From: Actinomycetota bacterium
GTDB lineage: Bacteria > Actinomycetota > Thermoleophilia > BMS3ABIN01
NCBI GenBank assembly: GCA_023489275.1
Contig: JAMDDD010000006.1
Span: forward strand, 29,504 to 93,503
Reading direction: 5' to 3'
DNA length: 64,000 bases
The notes under the pieces: model-generated
Seen by the model: only the letters and a program-made list of their open reading frames with translations
Told to the model about the DNA's origin: nothing
Database searches by the model: none
Shown here: positions 7,907 to 17,783 of the stretch, piece after piece
How the letters are laid out: every line of letters begins with the position of its first letter
Numbering within the stretch: position 1 is the first letter of the stretch
Translations under genes and position numbers: made by a program

Positions 7907-9583
7907 TTAAGGCGTAATCCTCATCTTGTCCAGCGAAAACTGCATGATCTTTTGAAACGCCGGCGCCGCCACGGTGCTGCCACCGCCAAACGGGTGAGGA
8001 TCATCCACCTTCACCACAATCAGCAGTTGCGGATCATCTGCGGGAGCGTAGCCCGCGAACGTGCCGATGTAGTCGCTGTTGGAGTATTTGCCGTCCACGA
8101 TCTTCTGGGCCGTTCCGGTCTTCCCGGCCACCTGATAACCTTCGATCTGTGCCTCTGGGGCTCCGGCGGGATTATTGACAACCTGGGTGAAATAAGCCGT
8201 CATCTGATCCGCGATCGCCTGGCTGATGATCCGGTGCCCCGGCTGGACCGGAGTCTTCCGGTTGCCGATGCGCTCGACCAGATGCGGCGAAACCGTGACG
8301 CCGCCGTTGGCGACCGCGGCGTAGGCGGCCGCCAGTTGCAAGGGCGTTACCGTGATCCCCTGCCCGATGGGAATGTTGCCAATTGTAGATCCGGTCCATT
8401 GATCCGTCGGCGGCATGTTGCCGGTAGCCTCGCCGGGAAAATCAATTCCTGTCCGGGAGAGAAACCCGAACCGGTTAATCCAGCCGGCGAGCCGGTCTTT
8501 TCCCAGCATCATGCCGATGGTGTCGGTGCCGATGTTGCTGGAATGCACCAGGATCTTTCCCAGGTCCCAATCGACCGGCCCCCGGCTGACCGCGTCTTCG
8601 ATGGTATAGCCGCCGAGATCCAGGGTGGGAGGAAGATGAAAGACCTGTCCCGGTCTGACGACGCCGTCTTCAAGGCTGCCGGAGGCGGTGACAATTTTAA
8701 AGACGGAGCCGGGTTCGTAGGTGTCCACCACCGGCCGGTTTCGGCGCTGCTCGTCCGAGAGCTGGTTGAAATCGTTGGCGTTCACCGTCGGGACGCTGGC
8801 CATGGCATAAATGGCGCCGGTCCTGGGATTCATCACCACGGCTTCGGCTCCCTTGGCTTTCCACTGCTTGACCGTGTTGGTGAGAACTTTCTCGGTTTCA
8901 AACTGGATTGACTGATCCAGTGTCAGCCAGACGTCGGTCCCGGGCACCCCTTCCGTCAGGCTGATGGTCTGGATCTGGCTGCCGTCCGCCGCGGTGACAA
9001 CTCTTTGCCGGCCGGGGGTGCCTTTCAGAACGCTGTCCAGCTTAAGCTCCATGCCAGCCAGGCCGGTGTTATCGGTGCCGGCATAACCGATAACTTGCGC
9101 CGCCAACTGATTCTGGGGATAGACGCGCTTCTCTTCCGGCCGTGTCTCGATCCCGGAAATATGGTTGTCTTTCACCAATTGATCAACCTGATTGCCGGCG
9201 GACTCGTCAATCTTCCGGGCTAGATAGACAAAACCCGAATTCTTGTTAGCCGTAATCTCGTTTGCCAGCGTTGCCGGGTCGGTTTTCAGGAGGGGGGCAA
9301 GCAGGCTGGCGATCTTCCAGGGGTCTTTAATCAGCAGCGGATCGGCAACAACGCTCTTGACCGCGACGCCGACGGCAAGCTCGTTGCCGCTGCGGTCGAA
9401 AATAGTGCCACGGTGCGCCGGCGTGTCAATTTCTTCCACGTGATGCATGTCAACCCGGCTGGAAATCTCCTTGGCGTCGACGGTCTGGAGAAAAGCAGCC
9501 TTCGCGGCAACACCGATAAAAAAGATCACAAAAAAGAGGAGAGTCCAGCGGATCCGTTTGTTTGGATCTCCCATCACCGGCAT
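7907..9583 (-). CDS. ftsI: Class B penicillin-binding protein / peptidoglycan D,D-transpeptidase FtsI
   Basis: 558-aa ORF with an N-terminal TM anchor (WTLLFFVIFFIGVAAKAAF) and transpeptidase motifs SVFK (SxxK), HSSN (SxN) and KTGT. dcw position after ftsL. Confidence 0.9.
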   Translation of the reverse strand: MPVMGDPNKRIRWTLLFFVIFFIGVAAKAAFLQTVDAKEISSRVDMHHVEEIDTPAHRGTIFDRSGNELAVGVAVKSVVADPLLIKDPWKIASLLAPLLKTDPATLANEITANKNSGFVYLARKIDESAGNQVDQLVKDNHISGIETRPEEKRVYPQNQLAAQVIGYAGTDNTGLAGMELKLDSVLKGTPGRQRVVTAADGSQIQTISLTEGVPGTDVWLTLDQSIQFETEKVLTNTVKQWKAKGAEAVVMNPRTGAIYAMASVPTVNANDFNQLSDEQRRNRPVVDTYEPGSVFKIVTASGSLEDGVVRPGQVFHLPPTLDLGGYTIEDAVSRGPVDWDLGKILVHSSNIGTDTIGMMLGKDRLAGWINRFGFLSRTGIDFPGEATGNMPPTDQWTGSTIGNIPIGQGITVTPLQLAAAYAAVANGGVTVSPHLVERIGNRKTPVQPGHRIISQAIADQMTAYFTQVVNNPAGAPEAQIEGYQVAGKTGTAQKIVDGKYSNSDYIGTFAGYAPADDPQLLIVVKVDDPHPFGGGSTVAAPAFQKIMQFSLDKMRITP

Positions 9584-10021
9584 CTAGGGAGACGGCGCCG
9601 GATTGCCGCCGGCATCCTGATTTGTCAGCTCCGCAAATTGCCGATTGTCAACCGGATTGATGTAAACATATTGAATCTTGCCGGCCGGCACCATGCCCAG
9701 CGTTCCGGCCGCGATCTGCTGGATGCGGGCGGGCGATGACAGCATCGAGACATTGCTCTCAAGCTGGCTGTTCTGAACGGTCAGATCGTTCCTTTCCCTG
9801 ATCAGGTTGTTGAAAGCCACGTCTTTGTAAAGCAGGCTGACCCGGAGCCCCACCAGACCGATCAGAAGCACCGCGATCACGCCGAGCCAGACGCCGACAT
9901 AGAGCGTGCTCGGCGCGGCCGCCCGGCGCCTTCCGGGAGCACGCGGCCGCACCGGGCGGCGGCGCTCGAACTTCCGTGTAATCTCGGTAAATCCCCAGTC
10001 TTGTTGGGCAGCCCCGGCCAT
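9584..10021 (-). CDS. ftsL: Cell division protein FtsL-like (assigned by position and topology)
   Basis: Small ORF between rsmH and ftsI, trimmed to the ATG at 10021 (MAGAAQQDW...). It has a basic head, a single TM (VGVWLGVIAVLLIGLVGL) and a polar tail. No sequence motif beyond that. Confidence 0.6.
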   Translation of the reverse strand: MAGAAQQDWGFTEITRKFERRRPVRPRAPGRRRAAAPSTLYVGVWLGVIAVLLIGLVGLRVSLLYKDVAFNNLIRERNDLTVQNSQLESNVSMLSSPARIQQIAAGTLGMVPAGKIQYVYINPVDNRQFAELTNQDAGGNPAPSP

Positions 10022-10041
10022 GTCCCCTTTCCTTTCTAAAA

Positions 10042-11004
10042 CTACCTGAGTTTCTCCGCGACCCGCAGCTTGGCCGACTGGGCGCGCGGATTTTCCGAAA
10101 CCTCTGCCGCCGAAGGCGTTACCGGCCGCCGCGTGATGATCCGCAGCTCGGCGCGGGCGCCGCAAACACACTGGGGCAGGTCCGGCGGGCAGACGCAGCG
10201 ACCCGTCTTGCCCGCAAAAAACTTTTTCACCAGCCGGTCCTCCAGCGAATGAAAGCTGATGACGGCAAGCCTCCCGCCCGGTGAGAGCACCTCCAGCGCG
10301 TTATCAAGAGCGCGCGCCAGCGATTCCAGCTCGTCATTGACGGCGATTCTGAGCGCCTGAAACACACGCCGGGCCGGATGACCGGAGCCGAACCGGGCCG
10401 GTGTGGGAATGGCGGATTTAATCGTATCCACCAACTGGAGCGTGGTCTCGAAGGGGGCGCGCTGCCGCTCGCGGGCGATCCGCCGGGCGATCTGGCGGGC
10501 GTAACGCTCTTCGCCAAACTCCTTGAAAATCCGCTCCAGCTCCGCCGCCGGCAGCTCATTTACCAGGTCCCGCGCGGTGACGCGCGCACCGGGATCCATC
10601 CGCATGTCCAGCGGCGCGTTGTAGCTGTATGAAAAACCCCGCTCGGGCCGGTCCAGCTGCATCGAAGACACGCCCAGATCAAGATAGATCAGATCCGCCT
10701 CAAAACCTTTTTCCGCCAGCTCGCTGAGGGCGTCGGCAAAATTGCCGTGCATGAAACGGCATCGAAACGACCGATGCTGGGCAAACAGCTCGAAGTAGCG
10801 CCCGGCCACCGGATCCCGGTCGATACCAATCAGGAGGGCATCCGGGCCCAGCAAGCCGGCAATGCTGCGGGCGTGTCCGCCGGCGCCGAAGGTGCAGTCG
10901 ATGACGGTGTCGTCCGGCCGGGGATCGAGCAGCCCGGCCAGTTCCGCCGCCAGTACCGGCGCGTGGGCCTTATCTGGTTGATCCTGAATGCTGTTTAACT
11001 GCAT
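10042..11004 (-). CDS. rsmH: 16S rRNA (cytosine1402-N4)-methyltransferase
   Basis: Motifs HAPVLAAE, DCTFGAGGHA, DLGVSSMQLD and ISFHSLEDRLVK. Trimmed from the ORF-track start (11280) to the ATG at 11004 (MQLNSIQDQ...). Follows mraZ. Confidence 0.9.
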   Translation of the reverse strand: MQLNSIQDQPDKAHAPVLAAELAGLLDPRPDDTVIDCTFGAGGHARSIAGLLGPDALLIGIDRDPVAGRYFELFAQHRSFRCRFMHGNFADALSELAEKGFEADLIYLDLGVSSMQLDRPERGFSYSYNAPLDMRMDPGARVTARDLVNELPAAELERIFKEFGEERYARQIARRIARERQRAPFETTLQLVDTIKSAIPTPARFGSGHPARRVFQALRIAVNDELESLARALDNALEVLSPGGRLAVISFHSLEDRLVKKFFAGKTGRCVCPPDLPQCVCGARAELRIITRRPVTPSAAEVSENPRAQSAKLRVAEKLR

Positions 11005-11092
11005 GCTTCCCTTCTCCCTTGACGGAGGATGCGCCGGTGGCCGGGGGTCTGGCCTCCCCTTGCGCCCGGCCATGCCGAGGCGCCCCGGCGGC

Positions 11093-11521
11093 TTACGATT
11101 CCTCCCATTGTTTTTTGTAAGCTTTCCTGTATGCCTCCCACTTGTTGCGGTCCCAGATCTCGAAACTGTCGTGCATCCCTCTGAAAACCACCTCCTTGCC
11201 GATGCCCGCCGTCCGGATAAGTTCTGGTGTGAGGCCAATCCTTCCTTGTTTGTCCAGATCGCACTCAACGACCGAGCCAAACATCATTCTTTTGATATCC
11301 CGGTTTTTCTTGCTAATCAGCTCGTCAAGCGAGGCCAGCGGCTCCGCCCGTTTTTCCCACTCCGCCGCCGGGTGCACGCTGAGGCAATCCTCGAAGTTCT
11401 CCCGGACTACCACTTTGCCGCCCGCGAGCTGCTGGCGAAACTTTGCAGGAATCGCCACCCTGTTCTTCGAATCAAGGGAATGTGAAAACTGTCCCCAAAA
11501 TTTGTAAGCGTTCTTTGCCAT
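11093..11521 (-). CDS. mraZ: Transcriptional regulator MraZ
   Basis: 143 aa from the ATG at 11521. Two SpoVT/AbrB-like repeats carry the DxxxR motif (LDSKNRVAIPAKFR and LDKQGRIGLTPEL). First gene of the dcw cluster. Confidence 0.9.
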   Translation of the reverse strand: MAKNAYKFWGQFSHSLDSKNRVAIPAKFRQQLAGGKVVVRENFEDCLSVHPAAEWEKRAEPLASLDELISKKNRDIKRMMFGSVVECDLDKQGRIGLTPELIRTAGIGKEVVFRGMHDSFEIWDRNKWEAYRKAYKKQWEES

Positions 11522-11554
11522 GGCCTGATCAACGTTAGCGCTTGCTTGATTGAT

Positions 11555-11580
11555 CCCCACAATATACCACTTTTCCCCAC
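11555..11580 (-). promoter_or_regulatory. Putative MraZ operator: three GTGGKR boxes at exact 10-bp spacing overlapping a TATATT -10-like element
   Basis: The minus strand reads GTGGGGaaaaGTGGTAtattGTGGGG, 34-59 nt upstream of the mraZ ATG. MraZ is known in other bacteria to bind direct repeats with about 10-bp periodicity in its own promoter. Confidence 0.55.
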
Positions 11581-11951
11581 AGAGCAAGCATTTTTAACCA
11601 AAAAATCAGGGCAAATACCGATAAAACTTAGAATTTTCCTCTGAAAAGCGAATTACTTGCTGCAAAATGAGGTAAAAGCGAGGGTAGGTTCGGAGATTGA
11701 TGCTGGGGACGATCTGGCATGCGAGCCTCGTGCCGGGAAAAATCGAGCATGGAAGCCGGCGCCGGGACGGCCGGGACAGTTCATTCGCTCGCACTCGCGC
11801 GCGTTATTTGCAATCACCTCAACCAGCTCGGCGCTCGCGACCTCGCTCATGAAACATCCGGATCGTGCTCATCGGCGCCGGCATCCCGCAAGCCATTCAA
11901 TTCTTGCGGCCTGCATGGCAGGGGGGAACCAGGGTTGGAACGGTCAGGCTC

Positions 11952-12569
11952 CTATTTCTTTTTCGCCTTGCCGGTCGTGGAAGCAGGTTTGTCCATCTGG
12001 GCGATCAGTTCCGTGGCCGTGTGCCCGAGGTCGTTGGTCGGGTTGACATTTTCTGCTTTCTGCCAAGTGGTCCGGGCCTGATCGTTATTGCCGTCGCGGC
12101 TGTAGACGATGCCCACATCAATCAGGATGGCCTGATTGTTGGGGTCGATGGCCAGGCCGTTATTGAATTCCCGCATCGCGATATCAGTCATGTCAAGAGC
12201 AAAGTATGCTTCTCCCAGCCGCCCGTGATACTCAGCGTCATTTGGCTTGATCTCGCAGGCTTTCTCAAAATTGTCCTTGGCGTTTAAGTACTGGCCCATT
12301 TTTTCATAGACAGAGCCCAGCCCTTCCAGCGCGACGCCATCATTTGGATTGGCCTTGATCAGATCCTGATAGGCCTGGATCTCCGGGGTGTAATCCACGG
12401 TCTGGCCGGGCTGGTTGCCGTGAGGGTTGCTGCCGCTGGAGCTGACGCTGGGAAAGACGCGGGGAAGAACGAACAGGATCAGAACCACGGCGACCGCGAC
12501 GCCGATAATCGCCCAATAATATGATTTAAACTTCAATGGGGGCATCCTCCGGGGAATTGACTTCTCCAT
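11952..12569 (-). CDS. Membrane-anchored TPR-repeat protein
   Basis: 205-aa ORF with an N-terminal TM (YYWAIIGVAVAVVLILFVL) followed by three or more TPR-like 34-aa repeats (e.g. ...ANPNDGVALEGLGSVYEKMGQY..., ...IKPNDAEYHGRLGEAYF..., ...AIDPNNQAILIDVGIVY...). Confidence 0.7.
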   Translation of the reverse strand: MEKSIPRRMPPLKFKSYYWAIIGVAVAVVLILFVLPRVFPSVSSSGSNPHGNQPGQTVDYTPEIQAYQDLIKANPNDGVALEGLGSVYEKMGQYLNAKDNFEKACEIKPNDAEYHGRLGEAYFALDMTDIAMREFNNGLAIDPNNQAILIDVGIVYSRDGNNDQARTTWQKAENVNPTNDLGHTATELIAQMDKPASTTGKAKKK

Positions 12570-12649
12570 TATAGCGAAACCGGGCGGCCCATATCACATC
12601 CGGCAGCCCGTTTTGAAATGTTAATCAAATGTGAATATAATTTTCATTC

Positions 12650-13201
12650 ATGGACTATACACTCTTTCAGGCCATCAACAATCTGGCTGGCCATTCTTCT
12701 CTGCTCGACAACTTCATGATCCTGATTGCCAAGTACGGCCCGGTGTTTTTTGCCCTGCCGCTCCTGTTTATCTGGTTCCGCGGCGATTACAGCGCCAAGC
12801 GGGGAGCGCTCCTCAGCCTGCTGTCGATGGGCATCGCCATGCTGATCGGCCAGGTAATCACTCGCGTCTACGACCGGCCCAGACCATTTACCGTCCATCA
12901 TGTCAATCAACTGATCGCCCACGGCGCCGACGCGTCCTTCCCGTCTGACCACACGCTCTTTTCCTTTGGCATCGCCGGCGTCATCCTGCTGGTAAACCGC
13001 CGCTGGGGCGTCGTTTCCATTCTCTTCGCCTGCCTGGTTGCCTTCTCGCGGGTGTTTGTCGGCGTCCACTATCCGGGGGATGTGATCGGCGGGGCGGGCA
13101 TCGGCCTCGCCGTCGGGGTCCTGCTCTGGCAGGTGCGCCGGATCTTCCGTCCCGTCATGGATTTCCTCATCGGGATCGCCGCCAGACTAAAACTTGCCTG
13201 A
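12650..13201 (+). CDS. PAP2-family phosphatase (undecaprenyl-diphosphatase-like)
   Basis: 183-aa multi-TM ORF with the three PAP2 motifs: YDRPRP, PSDHT and SRVFVGVHYPGDV. Confidence 0.8.
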   Translation: MDYTLFQAINNLAGHSSLLDNFMILIAKYGPVFFALPLLFIWFRGDYSAKRGALLSLLSMGIAMLIGQVITRVYDRPRPFTVHHVNQLIAHGADASFPSDHTLFSFGIAGVILLVNRRWGVVSILFACLVAFSRVFVGVHYPGDVIGGAGIGLAVGVLLWQVRRIFRPVMDFLIGIAARLKLA

Positions 13202-13334
13202 AAGACCGCGGGTTCACCACACCGGCATGACTCGGCGCCGGACGCTACCTAACCTTAAGCTTGATCCTTAGAAATAGAGAAGATGTGCCGGCGCCGGCAA
13301 CATAGATGCTAAATTTTCAGCTAGACCCTGATCA

Positions 13335-14090
13335 TTATCTATTGAACAGACTCAGGTACCGGTCCAGCAACTGCGGCCCATAAAAAAGGGCGATCAGGGC
13401 GCCGACGGACAGGAAAGGCCCGAAAGGAATGCGGCTCTTGCGTCCTTTCGAGCCGGCGGAAATCAGCGCCACCCCCACCAGGGCGCCCAGCAGGAAAGCG
13501 GCGAAGAGCGCGACCAGGATCGAGCGCCCGAGAAAGAAACCCAGCATCACCGCCATTTTTACGTCCCCCATGCCCATCCCTCCCGGTTTCACCATCGCGA
13601 CCGCGAAAAAGAAAGCGCCGCTCGCCAGACCGGCGGCCAGCAGCTCCAGCCAGCGGTCCGGCTCGATGGCGATCATCGCGGCAAGCCCGATCATCGCGGC
13701 AGGAAAGACGACCACATTCGGGATGATGTAATGCTCCAGGTCGATGAAAAAAATGACGACCAGGGCAGAGATGAGCAGCAGCGCCGGCAGCAGCGAAACG
13801 GTGGCGCCGAACTTCCATCCGGCCAGTAAATAAAGTACGCCGGTGAGCGACTCCACCGCCGGGTACCAGAACGAAATCGGCAGGCCGCAGGCGCGGCACT
13901 TCCCTCTCAAGACTGCATAGCTGACCAGCGGAATGTTATCGTACCACTTGACCGGCATGTCGCACTCGGGACAGCGGGACCCGGGAGTGACAACCGATTC
14001 CTGCCTGGGTAGCCGGTAGATGCAGACATTTAAAAAGCTGCCGATAATGGCGCCCGCGGCGAACAAAAAAATGAAAAAAAGAATCGTCAT
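13335..14090 (-). CDS. pilD: Prepilin (type IV leader) peptidase, A24 family
   Basis: 251-aa polytopic ORF. N-terminus IGSFLNVCIYRLP with CPECDMP...CRACG zinc motif, and GMGMGDVKM aspartyl motif. Confidence 0.85.
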   Translation of the reverse strand: MTILFFIFLFAAGAIIGSFLNVCIYRLPRQESVVTPGSRCPECDMPVKWYDNIPLVSYAVLRGKCRACGLPISFWYPAVESLTGVLYLLAGWKFGATVSLLPALLLISALVVIFFIDLEHYIIPNVVVFPAAMIGLAAMIAIEPDRWLELLAAGLASGAFFFAVAMVKPGGMGMGDVKMAVMLGFFLGRSILVALFAAFLLGALVGVALISAGSKGRKSRIPFGPFLSVGALIALFYGPQLLDRYLSLFNR

Positions 14091-14100
14091 AAAACCTCTG

Positions 14101-14135
14101 GTTCAAAGCTCCAGGTTCAGAGTCCAAAGCTTCGC
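14101..14135. repeat. 7-nt periodic tract T4
   Basis: GTTCAAA|GCTCCAG|GTTCAGA|GTCCAAA|GCTTCGC, between the pilD start and the MBL stop. Confidence 0.75.
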
Positions 14136-14162
14136 GAACGAAATTGGCGCGCCGGCATCTGG

Positions 14163-14819
14163 CTAATATGCGGAATCCAGCACAACTATTTTCGGCTTCG
14201 CCGGAAAATTCTCCTTTTTTAAGGATATCTCGCTGGCGCCGGGCCGCTCCACGGCAGGTTTTCTGTCCAGGAACGGATCGGCCGTATCGATGTCAAAACG
14301 GCATTTCTCGTTACGATAGTGCATGGGGATTGTTAGCGGCGGTGGTCCCAGCTGTTGCCAGATTTCGGTGGCGGTGGCGGCGTCGATGGTAAAAAAGCCC
14401 CCAACAGGAATCAGCAGTACGTCAACACTGCCGACGGCAGCGGCCTGGTGCGGCGCCAGTTTATGTCCCAGGTCGCCCAGATGGGCCACGGTTACGCCGC
14501 CGGCCTCGATGACAAAGACGATGTTGCCGCCCCGCTGGGAACCGCCGGCGCCGTCGTGATGCGTGGCCACGCCCCGGATATGGAATGGGCCGGCTTCGAA
14601 CTCTCCGGGAGCGTCAAATACGTGTGGAGACCCGCCCAGGAATCTGACGCCGGCATGGTCGGCATGGCTGTGGCTCACCGTGACGAAGTCAGGGCTCAGA
14701 TCGACCTGGTGGTAAAGCAGGGTTCCCGGATACGACCCCGCGTCGTAGGGATCAGTAAGCAGAGTGCCGCCCCCCGAGGCAAGAAGAAAACAGCTGTGCC
14801 CGATCCATGTGACCTTCAT
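14163..14819 (-). CDS. MBL-fold metallo-hydrolase
   Basis: MKVTWIGHSCFLL start preceded by a GGAGG RBS (trimmed from 14837). HxHxDH motif in VSHSHADHAG. Confidence 0.75.
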   Translation of the reverse strand: MKVTWIGHSCFLLASGGGTLLTDPYDAGSYPGTLLYHQVDLSPDFVTVSHSHADHAGVRFLGGSPHVFDAPGEFEAGPFHIRGVATHHDGAGGSQRGGNIVFVIEAGGVTVAHLGDLGHKLAPHQAAAVGSVDVLLIPVGGFFTIDAATATEIWQQLGPPPLTIPMHYRNEKCRFDIDTADPFLDRKPAVERPGASEISLKKENFPAKPKIVVLDSAY

Positions 14820-14936
14820 GACTGCCTCCGTTATCAAGTTTGAACGGTTGCATCGTGGGAATTCCCCGGGTTTTCCTCATCTCCGCCGGCGCCGCAGCGG
14901 CAAGATCCCGCTAAACCGGCTCGCCTTGATTTTTCC

Positions 14937-14964
14937 TAACCGGAAACTTTAAACCGGAAACTTT
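14937..14964. repeat. 7/14-nt periodic tract T5
   Basis: TAACCGGAAACTTT|AAACCGGAAACTTT, directly 3' of the flxA-like stop. Confidence 0.75.
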
Positions 14965-14965
14965 C

Positions 14966-15823
14966 CTAAAGTTCGTCCGGCAGCGCCCGCAGGTCGCGAA
15001 GGCTGAAGACCGGCCCGTCGGTGCAAACATATTTGGCGCCCACGTTGCAGCGGCCGCAGAGACCAACACCACACTTCATCCGGCGTTCCAGCGTGGTGAA
15101 GACCTGGTCTGCAGCAAAACCCAGTTTTTCCAGGCTTTCCAAGGTGTATTTGATCATCACCGGCGGCCCGCAGGTGACAGCCACCGCATTTGCCGGCGGC
15201 GGCGACATCGACTCGAGCACGCCGGGAACAACCCCGACGCTGCCGCTCCAATCGGGATGCCCGCTGTCGACCGTGGCGATGAACTCGATATCGTCGCGCC
15301 GCTCCCATTCTTCCCTGTCTCCGGCAAAGCAAAGATCAGCCGGCGTCCGGGCTCCGTACACCGCCTGGATGCGGCCAAAATCGCCGCGATGGTCCAGCAG
15401 GTGCATCAGGAGCGAGCGGAGCGGCGCCATGCCGATGCCGCCGCCGGCGATAACGATGTCCTTGCCTTTCCAGGCGTTCACCGGAAAGGGACGGCCCATC
15501 GGCGCGCGCACGGCGACGCGGTCGCCTGCGGACAGCTCGTGAATTGCGGTGGTAACGACCCCCGTCTTCATTACGGAGAACTGGATATAATCCTTCTGTG
15601 ACGGCGGCGAGGAGATGGCGAAGGTCGATTCGCCGGCGCCGAGGATGCTCATCTGGCCGATCTGTCCCGGCTCGAACGAGAAAGCCGCCATCATCCCCGG
15701 ATCATCGAAGACGAGCCGGTAGGTGCGGACTGCGGGTGTCTCCTGAATCACGCGGGTGATCGAGGCCCTTTCCGGCAGCAGTGGTATTTTGGCATTTATG
15801 CCTGATTTTGGTATCGTGCTCAT
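14966..15823 (-). CDS. flxA: FAD/NAD(P)-binding oxidoreductase with C-terminal [2Fe-2S] motif (FlxA / AsrB / HydG-like)
   Basis: 285-aa ORF with a ferredoxin-reductase-type fold (RTYRL..., GGGIGMAPL) and the C-terminal CGVGLCGRCNV cluster motif. Last gene of the hdr-flx block. Confidence 0.8.
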   Translation of the reverse strand: MSTIPKSGINAKIPLLPERASITRVIQETPAVRTYRLVFDDPGMMAAFSFEPGQIGQMSILGAGESTFAISSPPSQKDYIQFSVMKTGVVTTAIHELSAGDRVAVRAPMGRPFPVNAWKGKDIVIAGGGIGMAPLRSLLMHLLDHRGDFGRIQAVYGARTPADLCFAGDREEWERRDDIEFIATVDSGHPDWSGSVGVVPGVLESMSPPPANAVAVTCGPPVMIKYTLESLEKLGFAADQVFTTLERRMKCGVGLCGRCNVGAKYVCTDGPVFSLRDLRALPDEL

Positions 15824-16837
15824 CTAGCGCTCCTGGACCGTCCGTATCACTTCCCGGATGTCAACGCCGGCCGGGCAGCCGCGGATGCAGCGGCCGCATC
15901 CGGTGCAGAGAATCTCTCCCCGGTTTGCCGGGAAATAGCTGAATTTATGCCCGATCCGGTTCCGGTATCGGTGCGCAATTTCCGGTCGCGGATTGTGGCC
16001 TGAAGTCTCCAGCGTGTAACTGTAAAACATGCAGGAGTCCCAGCTGCGGCAGCGTTCACCCTCGCGGTCGCCGCTCATCTCGTCAAAAATGTTGAAGCAG
16101 TGGCAGGCAGGACAGGCATAGGCGCAAAAACCGCAAGACAGGCATTTCTCCGAGACCTGCCGCCATAAGTCAATATCTGAAAACAGGTCAATGAATTTCT
16201 CTCTCAGGCCGGCGGTTTCGACGCGGGCGGTCACGGCCAGCTCCGGCTTCTCAAGCCGGGAATCCTGGAACAGGTCCAGGCGGACCAACTCGCTGCCGGC
16301 ATCCGTGACCGGCTCGGCCAGAAAACCGTTCGCGACCGGATAAAGAATCAGGTCAGATCCGTCCGTCTCCGCCGGCCCCTTCCCAAAGGAAGAGCAGAAG
16401 CAGGCGCTGTCACAGGTAGTGCAGGCCAGGGTGATGACGGTCAGGCCACTTCGCCGTCCGGCGTATCCGGGATCGTTAAATCCGCCACTGGCCGGGAAAA
16501 ACAGGGCGTCCAGCGCCGCCAGCGCCCGGGCGTCGCAGACCCGCGCGCCAAAGAGGACGGGGCTTTCCTCAGGCTCTTCCGGCTCCAGCTCGATCCGTTC
16601 CTCGCCCGCGGCTTGCAGGTAACCGAAGCCGAACAGCCGCTCGGTAGGCGGCAGCAGCGCCGCTTTCGCAGACAGGTGAGTGTAAGCGCCGGTCTCCACC
16701 GGCTCCCCTGCACTCCAGGGAGCAAAAAGGACGGTGTTAACCGAATCCCGGACGACCCGGGGGGCCCACACGGTGCGGCCGCCCCCGGCCAGGTGCTCAA
16801 GCAGCCGGGGAATGGCGTCTTCAGCGATGAACCTCAC
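15824..16837 (-). CDS. flxB: 4Fe-4S dicluster protein (FlxB / AsrA-like)
   Basis: 337-aa ORF with Cys clusters CLSCGFCAYACPACHC and CTGCGRCIRGCPAG. It abuts flxA-like and overlaps flxC-like by 4 nt. Confidence 0.7.
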   Translation of the reverse strand: MRFIAEDAIPRLLEHLAGGGRTVWAPRVVRDSVNTVLFAPWSAGEPVETGAYTHLSAKAALLPPTERLFGFGYLQAAGEERIELEPEEPEESPVLFGARVCDARALAALDALFFPASGGFNDPGYAGRRSGLTVITLACTTCDSACFCSSFGKGPAETDGSDLILYPVANGFLAEPVTDAGSELVRLDLFQDSRLEKPELAVTARVETAGLREKFIDLFSDIDLWRQVSEKCLSCGFCAYACPACHCFNIFDEMSGDREGERCRSWDSCMFYSYTLETSGHNPRPEIAHRYRNRIGHKFSYFPANRGEILCTGCGRCIRGCPAGVDIREVIRTVQER

Positions 16838-17763
16838 CGCCAGCCTCCGTCCCTGTTGATATCATAAGTTAACAATGGTGGTTTATCCTCCAGGCTCGCT
16901 CCCGCCCGATAGGCAAACAGTTCTTCGATAATCTTGTTTTGCTCCTCCAGCAGCAGCATCAGCGGGATCCCCACCGGGCAGGCGCGCTCGCATTCTTCGC
17001 AACCGGTGCAGCGACCGGCCATGTGGCTGATCCGGACCTGCTGAGCCATCTCCGATTCGATAGCGTTTACCTGACCTCCGGTCCAGTGAGGCTCGCGCGT
17101 CTGCATCGAGCAGACATCCCGGCAAAAGCACAGGGGACAGGCCTCGCGGCAGGCATAGCAGCGGATGCAGCGGGAAAACTGCTCCCGCCAGAATTCGCGC
17201 CGCTCAGTGATGCTCATGGCCGCGAACCGCTCCCGGATGCCGGATTTATCCGGCGGGGGAGGCGGCGTCATCGATGTAACATCGCCGGCCGCCAGATCCA
17301 CGATCACCGGTTCCTGGTCCCGGCACTGATGACACTTGTGAAGCAGGATCTCCTCGCGCGGCACCGATCTGCCTTCCATGTGAACCCGGCCGCCGGCGTC
17401 TTCGATCTTCTTGCCGAAACCATAGCACCGCCACGCCCTTTTGACATCGATCACACCCGGGCAAGGGACGCCGATGACCCTGATGCGGTCGCGGCTGACT
17501 TCGCCCTCGACGATCAGCTGGACGATGCTTCTGGCGTCACAGCCTTTGGCGACAATGCCAACCTTGCTGTTTTTCAACCGGGGGAGATGCACGGCCAGAT
17601 TATGTATGCAGGTGGAGTCAAAAATGGCCCCGTCCGCCTCATCCGGAGTATGGAACCGCGCCGGAACGGCAACGCCGGCCGCCGGTGAGCGCGTCCAGCC
17701 CAGAACCACGTCCACTTCCTCCAGCACCTTTTTGATTGCCGGGATTAGATCATTCATGGACAT
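16834..17763 (-). CDS. flxC: Iron-sulfur protein (FlxC-like)
   Basis: Cys clusters CIRCYACREACPLCFC and CTGCEECERACPVG. Trimmed to the ATG at 17763 (MSMNDLIP...), because the ORF-track start at 17835 would overlap mvhD. Confidence 0.7.
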   Translation of the reverse strand: MSMNDLIPAIKKVLEEVDVVLGWTRSPAAGVAVPARFHTPDEADGAIFDSTCIHNLAVHLPRLKNSKVGIVAKGCDARSIVQLIVEGEVSRDRIRVIGVPCPGVIDVKRAWRCYGFGKKIEDAGGRVHMEGRSVPREEILLHKCHQCRDQEPVIVDLAAGDVTSMTPPPPPDKSGIRERFAAMSITERREFWREQFSRCIRCYACREACPLCFCRDVCSMQTREPHWTGGQVNAIESEMAQQVRISHMAGRCTGCEECERACPVGIPLMLLLEEQNKIIEELFAYRAGASLEDKPPLLTYDINRDGGWR

Positions 17764-17783
17764 TTTCGTATCACATAACCCTT

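Noticed and set aside
10042-11587. Long N-terminal extensions in ORF-track calls: rsmH to 11280, ftsL to 10171, mraZ to 11587, murF to 7502, pnp to 28827, queD from 53841, queC from 54280.
   Set aside because: The extensions overlap neighbouring genes, are Arg-rich and lack homology-like text. Conserved N-termini with plausible RBS and start codons were chosen instead.
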